Assembly (NCBI RefSeq): GCF_009914755.1
Contig: NC_060943.1
Source of the DNA: the human T2T-CHM13v2.0 reference genome, Homo sapiens
Direction: 5' to 3' (one strand)
Length of the DNA stretch: 64,000 nucleotides
The number at the start of each line of letters is the position of its first letter. Within the stretch, counting starts at the first letter, position 1. A program made the translations under genes and the position numbers. Shown here in pieces: positions 1 through 18,151 of the stretch. Under the pieces are notes generated by a model. The model was not told where the DNA came from and ran no database searches. It saw only the letters and a program-made list of their open reading frames with translations.

Positions 1-143
1 GAAGACAGCCCTCACCAGGAACTGGATCACTTGGCACTTTGATCTTGTACTTTCTGCCTTCAGAACGGTGAGAAATAAATATCTGCTGTTTAAGCCATCC
101 AGTCAATGGTATTTCATTACGGCAGCCTAATCTGACTAAGACA
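1..143 (+). mobile_element. MLT1-type MaLR LTR 3' end
   Basis: cagaacggtgagaaataaatatctgctgtttaagccatccagtc...ctaagaca. Confidence 0.75.
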
Positions 144-221
144 CATGTTAGTAATGGATCCCTGTAATCTTCCTAAGTTTTTCTAATAATAATGAGGTTA
201 TGTTGGTGATTGTTTTCGTAG

Positions 222-637
<416 letters not shown>

Positions 638-938
638 GAAAAAATTTCTTTGGGTCCTCCAACTTTTCCACAGATTTTTTATTGAAGATTAAAAAGATAG
701 ATGTTAAAGTAAACAAAAAAGATTCAGGAACTATTGTTGCCATGAGCCTTTAATGAAGGCATCTACTGGAGAACAAACTTCAGAATACTAAGAAATGATT
801 AGGCAGGTTCCAGTTTTGGCAAAGGGATAATGGTAAATACTGAGTATATTTAGAACTAGGACAAAATGATGGGGTAAGGGTGCCAGGACAATATATAACG
901 GTGATGTGTTTGATAGTGTAGACAAAATGCAACCATCA

Positions 939-1143
<205 letters not shown>

Positions 1144-1477
1144 TTAACTTGTTGATTGTCTTATTGCTGTTAACTGAGAGTAAACTAATTTTATTTTAAG
1201 TTAGATGCTGGATAAAAGGGAAAAAAAAGAGAGAGGAAGAATTACAAGCTATTTAAAACATTGCTCATGATAGGGAAGCCAACACAGTACCAAAATAGGT
1301 AGGGAGGTGGTATTTAGGTTATTATGTAAAGGTATTACTATAAAGATAACCATTAGGAGACAAAACTCCAAGCCTTTCTAAACACCAAAGGGAATATCAA
1401 GAGAGACAAAGACAGAGAAAGAAAGAGAGAGCAAGAGAGAGAAAACCAAAACAAAGACACTACAGAGAAACTAAGTG

Positions 1478-1845
1478 CAGATGTTGCTCCTCTTAGGATG
1501 GGGTTACATCCTGATAAGCCCATTCATTGTAAGTTGAAACTGTCGTAAGCCAGAAATGCATTTAACGCATCTAACCTACTGAACAACATAACAGCCTAGC
1601 TGACCTTAAACACGGTCAGACACTTCCATTAGCCTACAATTGGGCAAAATCATCTAAAAAGGCTGTTTTATAATAAAGTAAGTGCTGAATATCTCATAGA
1701 AGTTATTGAACATTGTACTGCAGGTGAAAAAATAGATTGGTTGTACAAGTACTCAAAGTATGGCTTCTACTGAACGAAGATCACTTTTGCATCATCGTAA
1801 AGTCAAAAAATTTAAGTTGATCCAATGTACGCCAAGGACCTTCTG
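1478..1845 (+). mobile_element. MER47A-type Tigger-family element
   Basis: gatggggttacatcctgataagccca...cattagcctacaattgggcaaaatcatctaa. Confidence 0.75.
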
Positions 1846-2247
1846 AATACAAAGAAAAGGGTCACTGCACTCAGGCCACCACCTGTCTCAAGCGAGACAG
1901 GACAACAAAAATCACTGCTCATGTTCTTCCAAAGCACCACCCCAAGTGTGCCAGACACACCACCAAAGCCAGGTGCCCTGGGAAATAGCCCATGTGACAC
2001 ATGGCAATGGGAAAATGACAAAAGTCCACGTCTCTTTTCAGGAACTAGAGAAAGACTCATCTTCAAAATCAAAACGTCATGAAAGTTTGGTAAGAGTTTT
2101 CTACACAGCTATGATCTATTTTAGGAACAAACACCTTTTCAAGAGAATGCTTTCCAGACAAAGAAGCTGATAGAAAGGGCGGAAATCCTCCCAGGAGAGG
2201 ATCACAAAGGACCCATATAAAAAATTCTTAAAGAAAAATGACGTTAC

Positions 2248-2356
2248 CTTTTCTCTGCCAGAAGGATCCATGCTCTGAGGCTTGTAACAATGTCCGGGTC
2301 ACCAGAGTATATGTTCACAGTAGTCTTGGCAGACAAGGAAGTTGCAAATTATTTAT
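2248..2356 (-). other. Candidate spliced exon (109 nt): 5'UTR plus start codon, encoding MDPSGREK, of an unidentified minus-strand gene
   Basis: Minus-strand acceptor TTTTTTGGTTTCATAG|A and donor AAG|GTAACG. The ATG at 2271-2269 is in a strong Kozak context (AGCATGG) and is followed by exactly 8 codons to a phase-0 donor. Lies in non-repeat sequence. Confidence 0.5.
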
Positions 2357-2919
2357 CTATGAAACCAAAAAATAATATTCCTAAAAATACTGGTTACACT
2401 GCTAATTATTTAAGTCTATTTAGCAAACCCATTGCTCTTTATATTTTCTATTTAGGTACTAACATCAACCATTTACACACAGCTGGAAATCTTTTTGAAG
2501 AATTAATTATCTAAGAGAGGAAAAAAGGAAAATAGTTTCCTCCCACATTTAAGCAACTAGTATCTTCTCTTCCCGTCTGGTGACCTTGAGGGACAGAAGT
2601 TTCCAATAATCTCTGCAAGTGGCCATTCCAGGCACTGACAGGCTCATGTGCTGTGATCCAGTGGGACATCACAGAAGCAAAAGGCTTGGCCCTTCCCGTT
2701 CACACCTGTCTTTTGTCCTAGATATTCCAGATAAATACAAACAGGACAAGATCAGCGAAAGACCCATCAGGAGATTACATCAGTGCTACAGGATGGCTAG
2801 ATAAATCAGCTTTGGGAGTCTGGGGCCCTGGATGGGAGTCCAACATGTCCTAAGTGTGAGGCCTTCACTGGCCTTCACTCTGTCTCAGATTCCTGACCTC
2901 GAGACCAGCTTCACGGTCA

Positions 2920-3258
<339 letters not shown>

Positions 3259-3485
3259 GTACCCATCTAACCTCATCTTTTCAGTCAGGTAATCCAGTGG
3301 AACTCTGAGTCTATCACCAACAGCCATTGCCCTCAACTCCTTCCCTAGTCCCATTAAACTATCATCACATCCTCCTTACACCAGTCCTGATTTTAAGTCA
3401 ACACAATTAGCATTGATCTAACACATGCCCTTTGCCAAGCCCTGGAGTAAATACAGAGGATACAAAACTAAGCAAGACAATGTTA

Positions 3486-4187
<702 letters not shown>

Positions 4188-4417
4188 CTATCACATACTG
4201 CAGTAACCACCTAAACAGACATGACTTAAAGATATTGATGGCACAGAGGAGGAAAGGGCCAACTCTGCTAGAGTGATTCAAACAAGCTTCAGACCGATAG
4301 AAATGGTATTAGCCGGGATATTCAAGAGTGATTATAAGTTTGCTAGGCAGTTGGGGTGGGGTGGCAGGGGAAAAGACTAGCATAGGAAAAACCAAGAAGG
4401 CATGAAAGGGCGTGTCG

Positions 4418-4738
<321 letters not shown>

Positions 4739-4907
4739 TCAAGCTGGTCAGGACAAACAAAGCATGTGAACGGTGCACATGGGAAGGATCTGAGAGAGTA
4801 GGCCCTGACCACGAGACTTGGGTTCTGTGCTACTGAGCTTAGACTTCATTCAAAGGCAGCAGCAGGGAAGAGGTTCCCTCCAGATTTCAGTTTTAAAATG
4901 ATCGCTC

Positions 4908-5235
4908 TGCCAGGCGAGGTGGCTCACGTCTGTATTCCCAGCACTTTGGGAGGCCGAGGCAAGTGGATTACCTGAGGTCGGGAGTTTGAGACCAGCCTGG
5001 CCAATATGGTGAAACCCCATCTTTACTAAATATATAAAAAAATTAGCCAGGCGTGTTGGCATGCTCCAGTAGTCCCAGCTACTCAAGAGGCTGAGGCAGG
5101 AGAATCACTTGAATCCAGGAGGCGGAGGTTGCAGTGAGCCAAGATTGTGCCACCACACTCCAGCCTAGGTTACAGACAGAGAGACTCCATCTCAAAGAAA
5201 AAAAATATAATAAATAAATAAACAATAAAAACAAA
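4908..5235 (+). mobile_element. Alu
   Basis: Dimeric Alu. Confidence 0.9.
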
Positions 5236-5414
5236 AATATCACTCTTGATTGGATGGAGAAGAGCAAGACCAGAGAGATCAGTCAGGAGATTACAACAGT
5301 GCTGCAGAGTGGCTAGACAAGTCGGCCCTGGGGGTCTGCAGCCCTGAATTGAACGCAGGTCCATCACATCCTTAGTGTGAGGGCTTCCGAGGTCTGCAAT
5401 TCCTGACCTTGGAA

Positions 5415-5561
5415 ACAGCTTCATGGACGCGTGACCTGCACGGTCACACACAGCCTGGCACTTCAAAGGGCTCTGTTGTCCGTCTTAAAATTCTTAACAA
5501 CTTTTAAACAAGAGGACCCGCATTTTCATTTTATAGTAGGCCCTAAAAATTATGTAGCTGG
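5415..5561 (+). mobile_element. MER91A-type hAT element
   Basis: gtcttaaaattcttaacaac...cattttcatttt...ggccctaaaaattatgtagc. Confidence 0.7.
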
Positions 5562-5842
5562 GCCAGGCGCAGTGGCTCATGCTTGTAATCCCAGCACTTT
5601 GGGAGCTGAGGTAAGAGGATTGCTTGAGCATAGGAGTTCAAGACCAGCCTGAGCAACATAGTGAGACTCCATCTCCACAAAAATTAAACAAAATTAGCTG
5701 GCTATGGTGGCGAGAACCTGTAGTCACAGCTACCCAGGAGGCTGAGGTGAGAGTATCGCTTGAGCCCAGGAGACAGAGGTTACAGTGAGCCAAGATCGTA
5801 CCACTGCACTCTAGCCTGGGTGATGCAGTGAGACCCTGTCTC

Positions 5843-5874
<32 letters not shown>
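5561..5874 (+). mobile_element. Alu (J-type)
   Basis: Dimeric Alu with A tail. Confidence 0.9.
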
Positions 5875-5926
5875 GGGGGGATGGGGGCAAATAAGTAAGT
5901 TGTAGAATTATTACTAAAGGAAACAA

Positions 5927-6003
5927 GAGGTTGAACTATTTGAAATCACCATTTCTGTAGTCAAAAATTGCCAAGTATCAGCAATTTCATATGGCTCAAC
6001 TCA
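5927..6003. mobile_element. MADE2 (Hsmar2-derived MITE)
   Basis: aggttgaactatttgaaat...gcaatttcatatggctcaact inverted termini. Confidence 0.7.
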
Positions 6004-6879
6004 ACACTTCTTCAAAATGTAGGTAGTCATTCAAAAGACAACATTATCCAAAAACATGACAGTGGCAAAAAGAACATTACTCATAAAAAAAAAAAAAGGA
6101 AGTAAATTTAGGAATCTTAAAAGGGCATCGTTTATTACTCTTGTGATCAGAGAAAAATACATAAATATTAATTTTTTAAGTGCAATAATTCCAGAAGAAA
6201 GCAAACATATCACTAGAATGGAACAAGAAAAGCAATAAATGAACAAACATCCTCGCAAAAACCATAGCTGAAGAACATATGTATGGGTAAAGAAACAAAT
6301 ACTATAGTAAAAATAGTTTTATGTTTGAATTACAGGCATATTATGGCACATGTGCAATAAGACAAAATGACAATTTATTAAAACATGAATTCTACTTGAT
6401 AAAAAAGCAAATTAGTGACTGGGTAATTCCTCTATTTATTATTTATTGAGCTAATAACAAATGCACAAAGAAATGAGACAGAAGGTTTTAAAACCTATTG
6501 GAGCCCTCTTTGTGGAACTGGGCCAATCAGGATCTTGCAGGCAGTTCTCACTCATGATATAAAAAGCCCTCTGGAGCATTCAGACGGGCTTTTTTAAAAA
6601 TATACACAGCTGCTTGACACCAGGATGCCACGATGGGGTAGGTTAAATGGCTACCAACAGATACAAAGCCCCCAGCACTTTTTAATTCCTTAACCTTTTT
6701 CATTCTAGGTCTAATGATACACTTAGAATGGATGGCAGTGGAGGGATGGGTTTTGACTCCCTCCCCCACCTCAAGAATATTAGCAGATGCAGGAGACGAC
6801 AATTAAGGTGTCAACATAAGGAAAATCAAAAATAAAAAGTAACCAAAGAGTTTAGATGATTTGGGTCTATCCTCAGAGC

Positions 6880-7980
6880 TCAATCCCGTCTATCAGAACA
6901 TTTGATGCAGTGATTTTTCCTTTCTTCTTAAAATACTGTCTCCCTGCGGCTGCTGGCTCACCATACTCACCTGGTTTTATTTCCGTTTTCAAGGACCTCT
7001 ACCTCTCTGTTTTCCTTGCTGAATCCTCTTCCCCTTCGCGGCTTCTAACTGTTGGAGCTCCCCCAGGGCTCAGTCTGAAGACCTCTTGTCATCCCCCAAT
7101 ACCTGGCGGATTTCATCCGGACCTGTGGCTTTACATGCCACCTCTACTCTGAGTACCGCGCATGTATCTGTCCAGCCCCTCCTGGCACCCTGAGCTCCAC
7201 ACATGCTTAGCAAGCCACGGATGCTGCATTTTCATTTGCATGTGTGATATGGTTTGGATGTGTGTCTCCTCCAAACCTCATATTGAAATGTGATCCCTCA
7301 TGTTGGAGGTGGGGCTGGGTGGGAGGTACTTGGGTCGCGGGGGTGGATCCCTCATAAATGGCTTGGTCCTATCCTTGCTGTAATGAGTGAGTTCTCACTC
7401 TATTAGTTCACATTGATGTGCAGACACGCAGGTGCCAATGGATTGAGCTGATTGTTTAAAGGAGCCTGGCGCCTCCTCCCCTCTCTCTTGCTCCCTCTCT
7501 TGCCATGTGACACATATGCTTCCCCTTCTCTTCCACCATGAAGCTTCCTGAGGCCCCACCAGAAGCCAAGCAGACGCTGTGCCATGCTTGTACAGCCTGC
7601 AGAACTGTGAGCCCAAGAAACCACTTTATCAATTACCTAGTCTCAGATGTTCCTTTATAGCAACACAAAATGGACTAATATAATGCCTAATAGGTATTTC
7701 AAATTCCATATGATTAAAACAATGCTCGATGCTCCCAATCCACTTCTCCAGTCTTCCCCGTTCACTGATGAGACTTAACACTGGGAGCCATCCATCACAG
7801 CCCATCTCCAATTCATCAACAAGCTCTATGACCTCTACCTTCAAAGCGAATCCTGAATCCCACCATGTATCACCATCTCCACAAAGATCATCCCCTTCCA
7901 GGCACGACTGTCTCTCACCTGGATCTCTACAATAGCTTCATGACCGTCACCTGCTCCCTACTTACCACCCCGGGGTTCCG
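6880..7980 (+). mobile_element. L2 fragment split by an MST LTR
   Basis: Pyrimidine-rich L2 body motifs (ctggttttatttcc...; tctcacctggatctctacaatagc). Confidence 0.55.
7245..7682 (+). mobile_element. MST-type MaLR solo LTR inside an L2
   Basis: tgatatggtttggatg...tgtacagcctgcagaactgtgagcc...ggactaata. Confidence 0.85.
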
Positions 7981-8007
7981 AGAAAGCAGCCAGAGTTTTT
8001 TCTTTTT

Positions 8008-8014
8008 CTGTGTT

Positions 8015-8045
<31 letters not shown>

Positions 8046-8324
8046 GAGATGGAGTCTCACTCTGTCATCCAGGTTGGAGTACAGTGGGGCGATCTGGCTC
8101 ACTGGAACCTCTGTCTCCAGGGTTCAAGCAATTATCCTGCTTCAGCCTCCTGGGTAGCTGGGATTACAGGTATGCACCACCACGCCCGGCTAATTTTTGT
8201 ATTTTTAGTAGAGACGGGGTTTCACCGTGTTGGCCAGGCTGGTCTCAAACTGCTAACCTCAGGTGATGCACCCGCCTCAGAGCCTAAAGTGCTCGGATTA
8301 CAGGCATGAGTCACTGCGCCCGGC
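8008..8324 (-). mobile_element. Alu
   Basis: Dimeric Alu. Confidence 0.9.
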
Positions 8325-8705
8325 ATCCTTTTTATAATCAGATCACATCATCATTCTCCCACAGAAGCCCTGCAATGGCCTCCCACCACCCTTGGAACAA
8401 ACCCCACTACTTCAAGACATGGTAGCATAAATTCTCATAATTACATCAGAGGATGATCCGGCAATGCCGACTAAACCTGAAGATTAGAACACCTTCTGGC
8501 CTCGCTATTCTTTATCCCGGTATCTCCCTGAGAAAAACGCTTGCACAGATTCTGTACAGAGATGTCACTGCAGAACCACTTATCAGAGTGAAAAGGTATA
8601 AAACACTGATTGTTCCTCAGTAGAGACATTGATACAAAAATTAAGTTTGTTCTACATGGTAAAATGCTGGCACTAGTCAAAAGAAATAAATTAGATCTAA
8701 GCATA

Positions 8706-9120
8706 GTGTGCTAGAGTTAATGATTTCTGATGTTTGGCCGCTGACAGCTTCCAAGCCACATCACTGGCCCTTTCCCTTTTGCCCACACCCAGGCAAGCCT
8801 ATAAGAAAGTTTGTGTTCTTTATCCCTTTGCATGGGCAGGGAAGTCTAAACCATGCACACCCCTGCATGGAGCCCTCCCCACCCCACTTCTAACCACACT
8901 AAAAAGCAGAGCGCCTCCACCTCCCACCCTCACTTTTTCACTCCAAACCAAATCGAAGCCTTCAAGAAATATTTGTGATGTTGACTATGTGAGCATAGTC
9001 ACGCAATAAATTGCATTCCATATCCATTGGTAATTGTGTGTCAGCGTAGGCACCCTGACATCCATAAATTCCAGGAGGTGGAGGCAGGGGGATTGCCTAG
9101 CGTCCAGAAAGGAATGCTAA
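8706..9120 (+). mobile_element. ERVL-type LTR (MER54/MER74-like)
   Basis: gttaatgatttctgatgtttggccgctgacagctt start and a downstream aataaa. Confidence 0.4.
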
Positions 9121-9143
9121 ATTCCTAAATAATACGTATACCA

Positions 9144-9437
9144 GGCCAGGTGAGGTGGCTCACACCTGTAATCCCAGCATTTTGGGAGGCTGAGCCAGGG
9201 AGAATGCTTGATGCCAAAAGTTCAAGACCAGCCAGGGCAACAGATCACGACCCCATCTCTACAGAAATTTTAAAAAATTAGCCAGGCATGGTGGCATGCA
9301 CCTATAGTCCCAGCTGTTCAGGAGGTTGAGGTAGGAGGATGGCTTGAGCCCAGGAGTTCAAGGCTGCTGTGAGCCTTGATCATGCCACTGCACTCCAACC
9401 TGGGCAACAGAGCAAGATCCTACCTCGAAAAAAAAAA
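9144..9437 (+). mobile_element. Alu (J-type)
   Basis: Dimeric Alu. Confidence 0.9.
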
Positions 9438-9681
9438 TATGAGAGTTAGATAAGCCTCAAAAACATAATGTTGATTGGAAAAAAAGTTGTGACAGGATAT
9501 CGTATGGTATCGTTTGTGTAATAATCTGTTCTAGTTCTAGGGTTTCTGTTTTGCTTTAAAGTCTATTTTGTCTGCCATTAATCTTTCCTTCAGTGAGAAT
9601 TTGTTTTATATAACCTTCATCATCATTGTATATTCAACCTTTGTGTATACTGAGACTTTAGATGTGCACCTTGTAATTGGC

Positions 9682-9978
<297 letters not shown>

Positions 9979-10025
9979 TGTAATTGGCTAATTTTTTAAA
10001 TGATGTTTAGAACCCAATCAGATGA

Positions 10026-10362
<337 letters not shown>

Positions 10363-10667
10363 ACTGATTTTTGTTTTTCAACTGGAATATTTATTCACCC
10401 TTAACTATAATTTTGTATATAGATACATTTATTCTCACTATTATCCTATCGATGCTTTTTCTCTTCATTTTTGCCTTTTGGGGGGATCTATTTCCTATCT
10501 TCTCATTCCATTCTTTTCCTCTACTAGTTAGGCAATTTTAGACTATGTTCTTTAAGCAGTAACACAAGGAATTTCAGCATCCACAACTAACTTATCCAAT
10601 GTTAACTTCGACTATATATTTACCCTCCTCCCAAACAACACAGGACTTCAGACCACTTTAACCTTAA

Positions 10668-11125
<458 letters not shown>

Positions 11126-11142
11126 TAAAATTCATTCTTAGA

Positions 11143-11250
11143 TCATTGCTGTTCAATGGAAATACAACATGAGCTCATGTGTAACTTTAAGTTTTCTGGT
11201 AGCAAAATTTTAAAAAATTTTAAAGAAACAAGTCAAATCAATTTTTTTCA
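11143..11250 (+). mobile_element. MER33-like hAT fragment
   Basis: atgagctcatgtgtaactttaagttttctggtagc...aaagaaacaagtcaaatcaatttt. Confidence 0.55.
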
Positions 11251-11846
11251 TTGTCTAAGGTAAATTTATTTTACTGTTTTAAAACAAGCATGCATTTCCA
11301 GTTTCCAATATGACAAGGGCAGGCACTTAAAATACACACTCAAAATTAATTTTGAGTCAGGCAAAATTAATTTTAATAAAACAAAAATATCCCATGCCAA
11401 AAGCTTGACTCGGTGTATTTTTTCTTAATTAAAACAAAAGTGTCTATGAATTATCTGTGCTCAAAGATTACTCTGTCATTGCTAACAAATTAGTATGCCT
11501 CAATTTCCAAGATAAAACAAGAAAGTGTTCTCTTGGGAAACTGTCATATTAACAGACAGCTGTGTGTGAACATAGCAAATGCTGAATTCTGAAGGATTCA
11601 GGTCAACCTGACAGCTGACTTTTACTTATGCTAATCAATTTCATGTCCACTCTCTTTATAGGCTTTTAAGCTGTACTATTTACTGTACTGTTTATTGTTA
11701 TATGCCTCATGGGCAGTCCTCAGATTTTCAGAGGAAACTTTCTAACATCAGAACTCAAGCTTTTAGCCCATTGGTGAGCTAGAGCTGGCTAGCATCAATG
11801 TGCAACAACTCATTGTTAAATATCAGGAAGTTTGTGAGTTCAACCA

Positions 11847-11925
11847 TAGGTTGATGCGAAAGTCATTGCAGTTTCTGCTATTGAAAGTAATAGCAAAGAC
11901 TACAATGACTTTTGTAGCCACCTAA
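11847..11925. mobile_element. MADE1 (Hsmar1-derived MITE) inside a MER63-like element
   Basis: ~80-bp imperfect palindrome taggttgatgcgaaagtcattgc...gaaagt...caatgacttttgtagccacctaa. Confidence 0.85.
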
Positions 11926-12066
11926 AATGGTTTGAAATTGGCCATGGTGGGAGTATTTCCCCCACGGAACCAGTGAACACTACCAGTCAGGGCTTTTTTA
12001 TTGATTACACCACTGACACACTATTTTAAATCCCTCCTTATTTGCACTGCTGGTTTCCCATTTCAA

Positions 12067-12366
<300 letters not shown>

Positions 12367-12367
12367 A

Positions 12368-14128
<1,761 letters not shown>

Positions 14129-14132
14129 TGAA

Positions 14133-14556
14133 TGATATGGTTTAGATCTGTGTCCCTGCCCAAATCTCATGTCGAATTATAATCTCCAATGTCAGAGGTA
14201 GGGCCTGGTGGGAGGTGATTGGATCAAGGAGGTGCATTTCTTATGAATGGTTTAGTGCCAGCCCCTTGGTGCTGTTCTTGTAATAGTGAGTGAGCTCTTG
14301 TTAGATCTGGATGTTTACAAATATAGCACCTCTTCTCTCACTCTCGCTCTCTTGCTCCTGCCTTGGAAGACATGCCTGCTCCCCCTTCACCTTCTACCAT
14401 GATTGTAAGTTTCTTGAGGCCTCCCCAGAAGCGGAAGATGCCAGCATCATGCCCCCTGTACAGCCTGTAGAACCATGAGCCAAGTAAACCTCTTTCCTTT
14501 ATAAATTGCCCAGTCTCAGGTATTTCCCTATAGCAATGTGAGAAGGGACTAATACA
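14133..14556 (+). mobile_element. MSTB-type MaLR solo LTR
   Basis: tgatatggtttagatctgtgtccc...gactaataca. Confidence 0.88.
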
Positions 14557-14824
14557 CTAATATAAATAAACAGCAGAAATGTATCTAATACACATAGAAA
14601 GAATGATGGAATTAGAAAGTCACCATGTGAGGGGCTTAACAGTAACAATTGATTCAGGCAAGAGTGATCAGCAGCCTAAAATGAGTAAGGAAAAGTTTGA
14701 GTAACATAATATTTACAGAGCCTCTATGCACTCCCCAGAAGATACTTAATAATTAGAAAGAATGAAGTTACAGTGGGGTGTGTATGTGCATGTGTGCGGG
14801 TGCATGCAGGCACATGTGTGTACA

Positions 14825-15264
14825 CAGTCATGCACCACATGCAATGTTTCAGTCAATGATAGACCACATTTTTACCATAACTTTGCTATGTTTAGATATG
14901 TTTAGATACATAAATACTTACCATTATGTTACAGTTGCCTGAGCATTCAGTACAGTGCCATGCTGTACAGGTTTAGAGCCTTGGAGCCGTAGGTTATACC
15001 ACAGAGCCTAGGTGTGGAGTAGTCTCTACCACCTATGTTTGTGTAAGCCCACTCTCTGATGTTCTCACAAAGACAAAATCTTCTAATGACAGATTCCTCA
15101 GAAGGCATCCCTTTCATTAAGAGAAGATATCCCTAGCCACCTACCCACCAAACTATCCCTGCAAAACCCTAACCCCCGAGCCTTCGGGGAGACTGATTTG
15201 AGTGATAGCTTCAGTCTCCCACGTGGCCAACCTCGCATTAATTAATTTAAGCAACACATGACTA
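14825..15264 (+). mobile_element. Tigger3a-type non-autonomous DNA transposon
   Basis: cagtcatgcacc...catgacta TIRs; internal gcctaggtgtggagtag and tttgtgtaagcccactct motifs. Confidence 0.8.
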
Positions 15265-15371
15265 TATATCCATCAAGACAGAGAAAGAGAAAAGATAAGA
15301 CAAATGTATTAGGCAGGCACAGTGGCTCACACCTGTAATCCCAGCACTTTGGGAGGCTGAGGCAGGAAGAT

Positions 15372-16033
<662 letters not shown>

Positions 16034-16383
16034 TAGTTGGGTTTGATGGCATACACCAGTGGTCCCAGCTACTTGAGTGGCTGAGCAGTAAAGCATATTG
16101 GAGATTTTTTTGTATTAATCTTACAACTTTTCTGTAAGTCTGAAATTATGCCAAAATGAAAAGCTCAAAATAAAAGATAAACTTCAAATAAAGACATTTT
16201 AGATAAACAAAGATGGCGAGATTTCAGGATCAGCAGACTTGAACCAATGAACATGTTAAAGTACATATTTTAAGCAGAAAGAAAATGATTCCACATGGAA
16301 TGTCAGAGATACAAGAAGGGGTGAAGAGGAAAGAAAGTGTTGAGCAGGTCATCAGTGTAAATGAACACCAACTTCATAAAGTA

Positions 16384-17710
16384 CAGCAAGTCCTCAAATC
16401 ATGTTGTTTCATTATAATGATGAGAAAAAAAATCACTTTCCAGTCTACACATCCTCCCCTTATCTGTGTGGGTTTTCTCCGGGTCCTCTGGTTTCCTCCT
16501 GCATTCCAAAGATGTGCATGTTAGGTTGATTGGCATGTGTACAACGTCCCAGTCTGAGTGAGTGTGAAACCACCTTTGCAAAGATGATGGCAGTGAGAGA
16601 AGCCTAGCATAGCTGACTCCATCTTGCCTCCAGCCTCACAGGCTGGCTGTCCTTGCTCATTCCTGGGCAGAAGCCAGGCTAACCACGGGAGGAATTTATT
16701 TGTAGTTTAACTTTAAAGCAAGGATGAAAATAGCCCTTCCCAAAACTAAACTGCCCTATAAAACTAATGAAAGACCACAATGTTAGGATTCCGGGAGGAG
16801 CCCAAATTCTGCTAAGATGTAGGCATACTTAAACAATAGCCAGCCATTGTTTTGGAGGTCACAAGATTTGTGCAAGATTTCATAAGATTTGAGTGACTTC
16901 CTCAATTACTCCTATAGATAAGATCACTATTGTAGAACCTAAGGTTGGCCTTTCCAGATGATTTTTTGGACTTTCACATTTCTGACGACTGGCTGACTCC
17001 ACCCAGATGGGGACTCATGACTCAACTGGTCCTGTGGTCCCCATTCAGAGGTGGACTCAGCACACGAGGACAGTTTTCCACACCCCTATGATTTCATCCC
17101 CAACCAATCAACATTCCCCATTCCTTAGACCCCTGCCCACCAAACTATACATGAAAAACCCTAATCTCTGAGCCTTTGGGGAGACTGATCTGAGTGATAA
17201 CTCCCATTCTCCTTTTGGCTGGTCTTAGGTTAATTAAATTCTTTCTTTACTGCAATACCATGGTCTCAGTGAACTGGTTTTTTCTTTGCAGGGGGCAGGA
17301 AAAACGCACAGGGCGATCACAAGTATGGGTGTGTGTGTGAGCGTGCCCCCCAGCAGGAGGGCATCTTGTCCGGGGCTGGTTCCTATCTTATGTCCTGAGC
17401 TGCTGGGATAGGCCCCATCCACTGAAACCCTGAACTGGAATAACTGGGTAAATGTTATCTTACTTGTTTTTATTAATCTTTCTCAAATGTATGTATAGCT
17501 CACATTTATTTCCATGTTTAATATTAAGAGTATTTTGGTCTTTATTTAGAAATAAGTTCTGTTATATTTTTGTGACCAGAAATATGCCATAGGAACTTAA
17601 CTCTTGCTTAGATCAATTAGCCTATGGTAAAATTAGTTTCATTATACATCATTTCACTTAAGATAGAAGTTTCCAAGAATCTATTGAAGACTTTAAGTAG
17701 GGAATTACCA
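16384..17710. mobile_element. MER6 DNA transposon split by a solo LTR
   Basis: gggttttctccgggtcctctggtttcctcc...aaagatgtgcatgttagg and aattagcctatggtaaaatt motifs flank the LTR. Confidence 0.75.
16565..17321 (+). mobile_element. LTR8-family (ERV1) solo LTR
   Basis: TG...CA ends, 5' start tgaaaccacctttgcaaa, ggggagactgatctgagt motif, 4-bp TSD agtg/agta. Confidence 0.75.
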
Positions 17711-18151
17711 TAATTATAAAAATGCCTCTGGGGGATTTAAATATATATAAAGTAAGACAGACAATAATAATAGCATGTAAGTCATAATGGGAAATAAATG
17801 TAGTTAATGTGCTGGAAGGTAAATATATTGTTCAGGTGGATAGTAAAGGATTTGACTAACATTATATTTTCATAAATTTTCAAATAATTTAGACTTCTAG
17901 GGTAACCACTATAGGGGAGCAGAGGAGGGTGATAAAAATCATTTTTAAAAAATCCATTCAAAAGAAGTCAAGAGAAAATAAAAAAAATCCAAAAGAAGAG
18001 AAGAAGGAAAATGAGACATAGGAATCTTCACTCTACAACTTCCCAGGTGATTCATTCGTATACCAACCCATTGTGATGAATTCAAGAAATGTGCTACAAT
18101 TCTGTTGTTACTAGTAATACCCGTAACTGTAATGCTAATAGTAGCTGTAGC

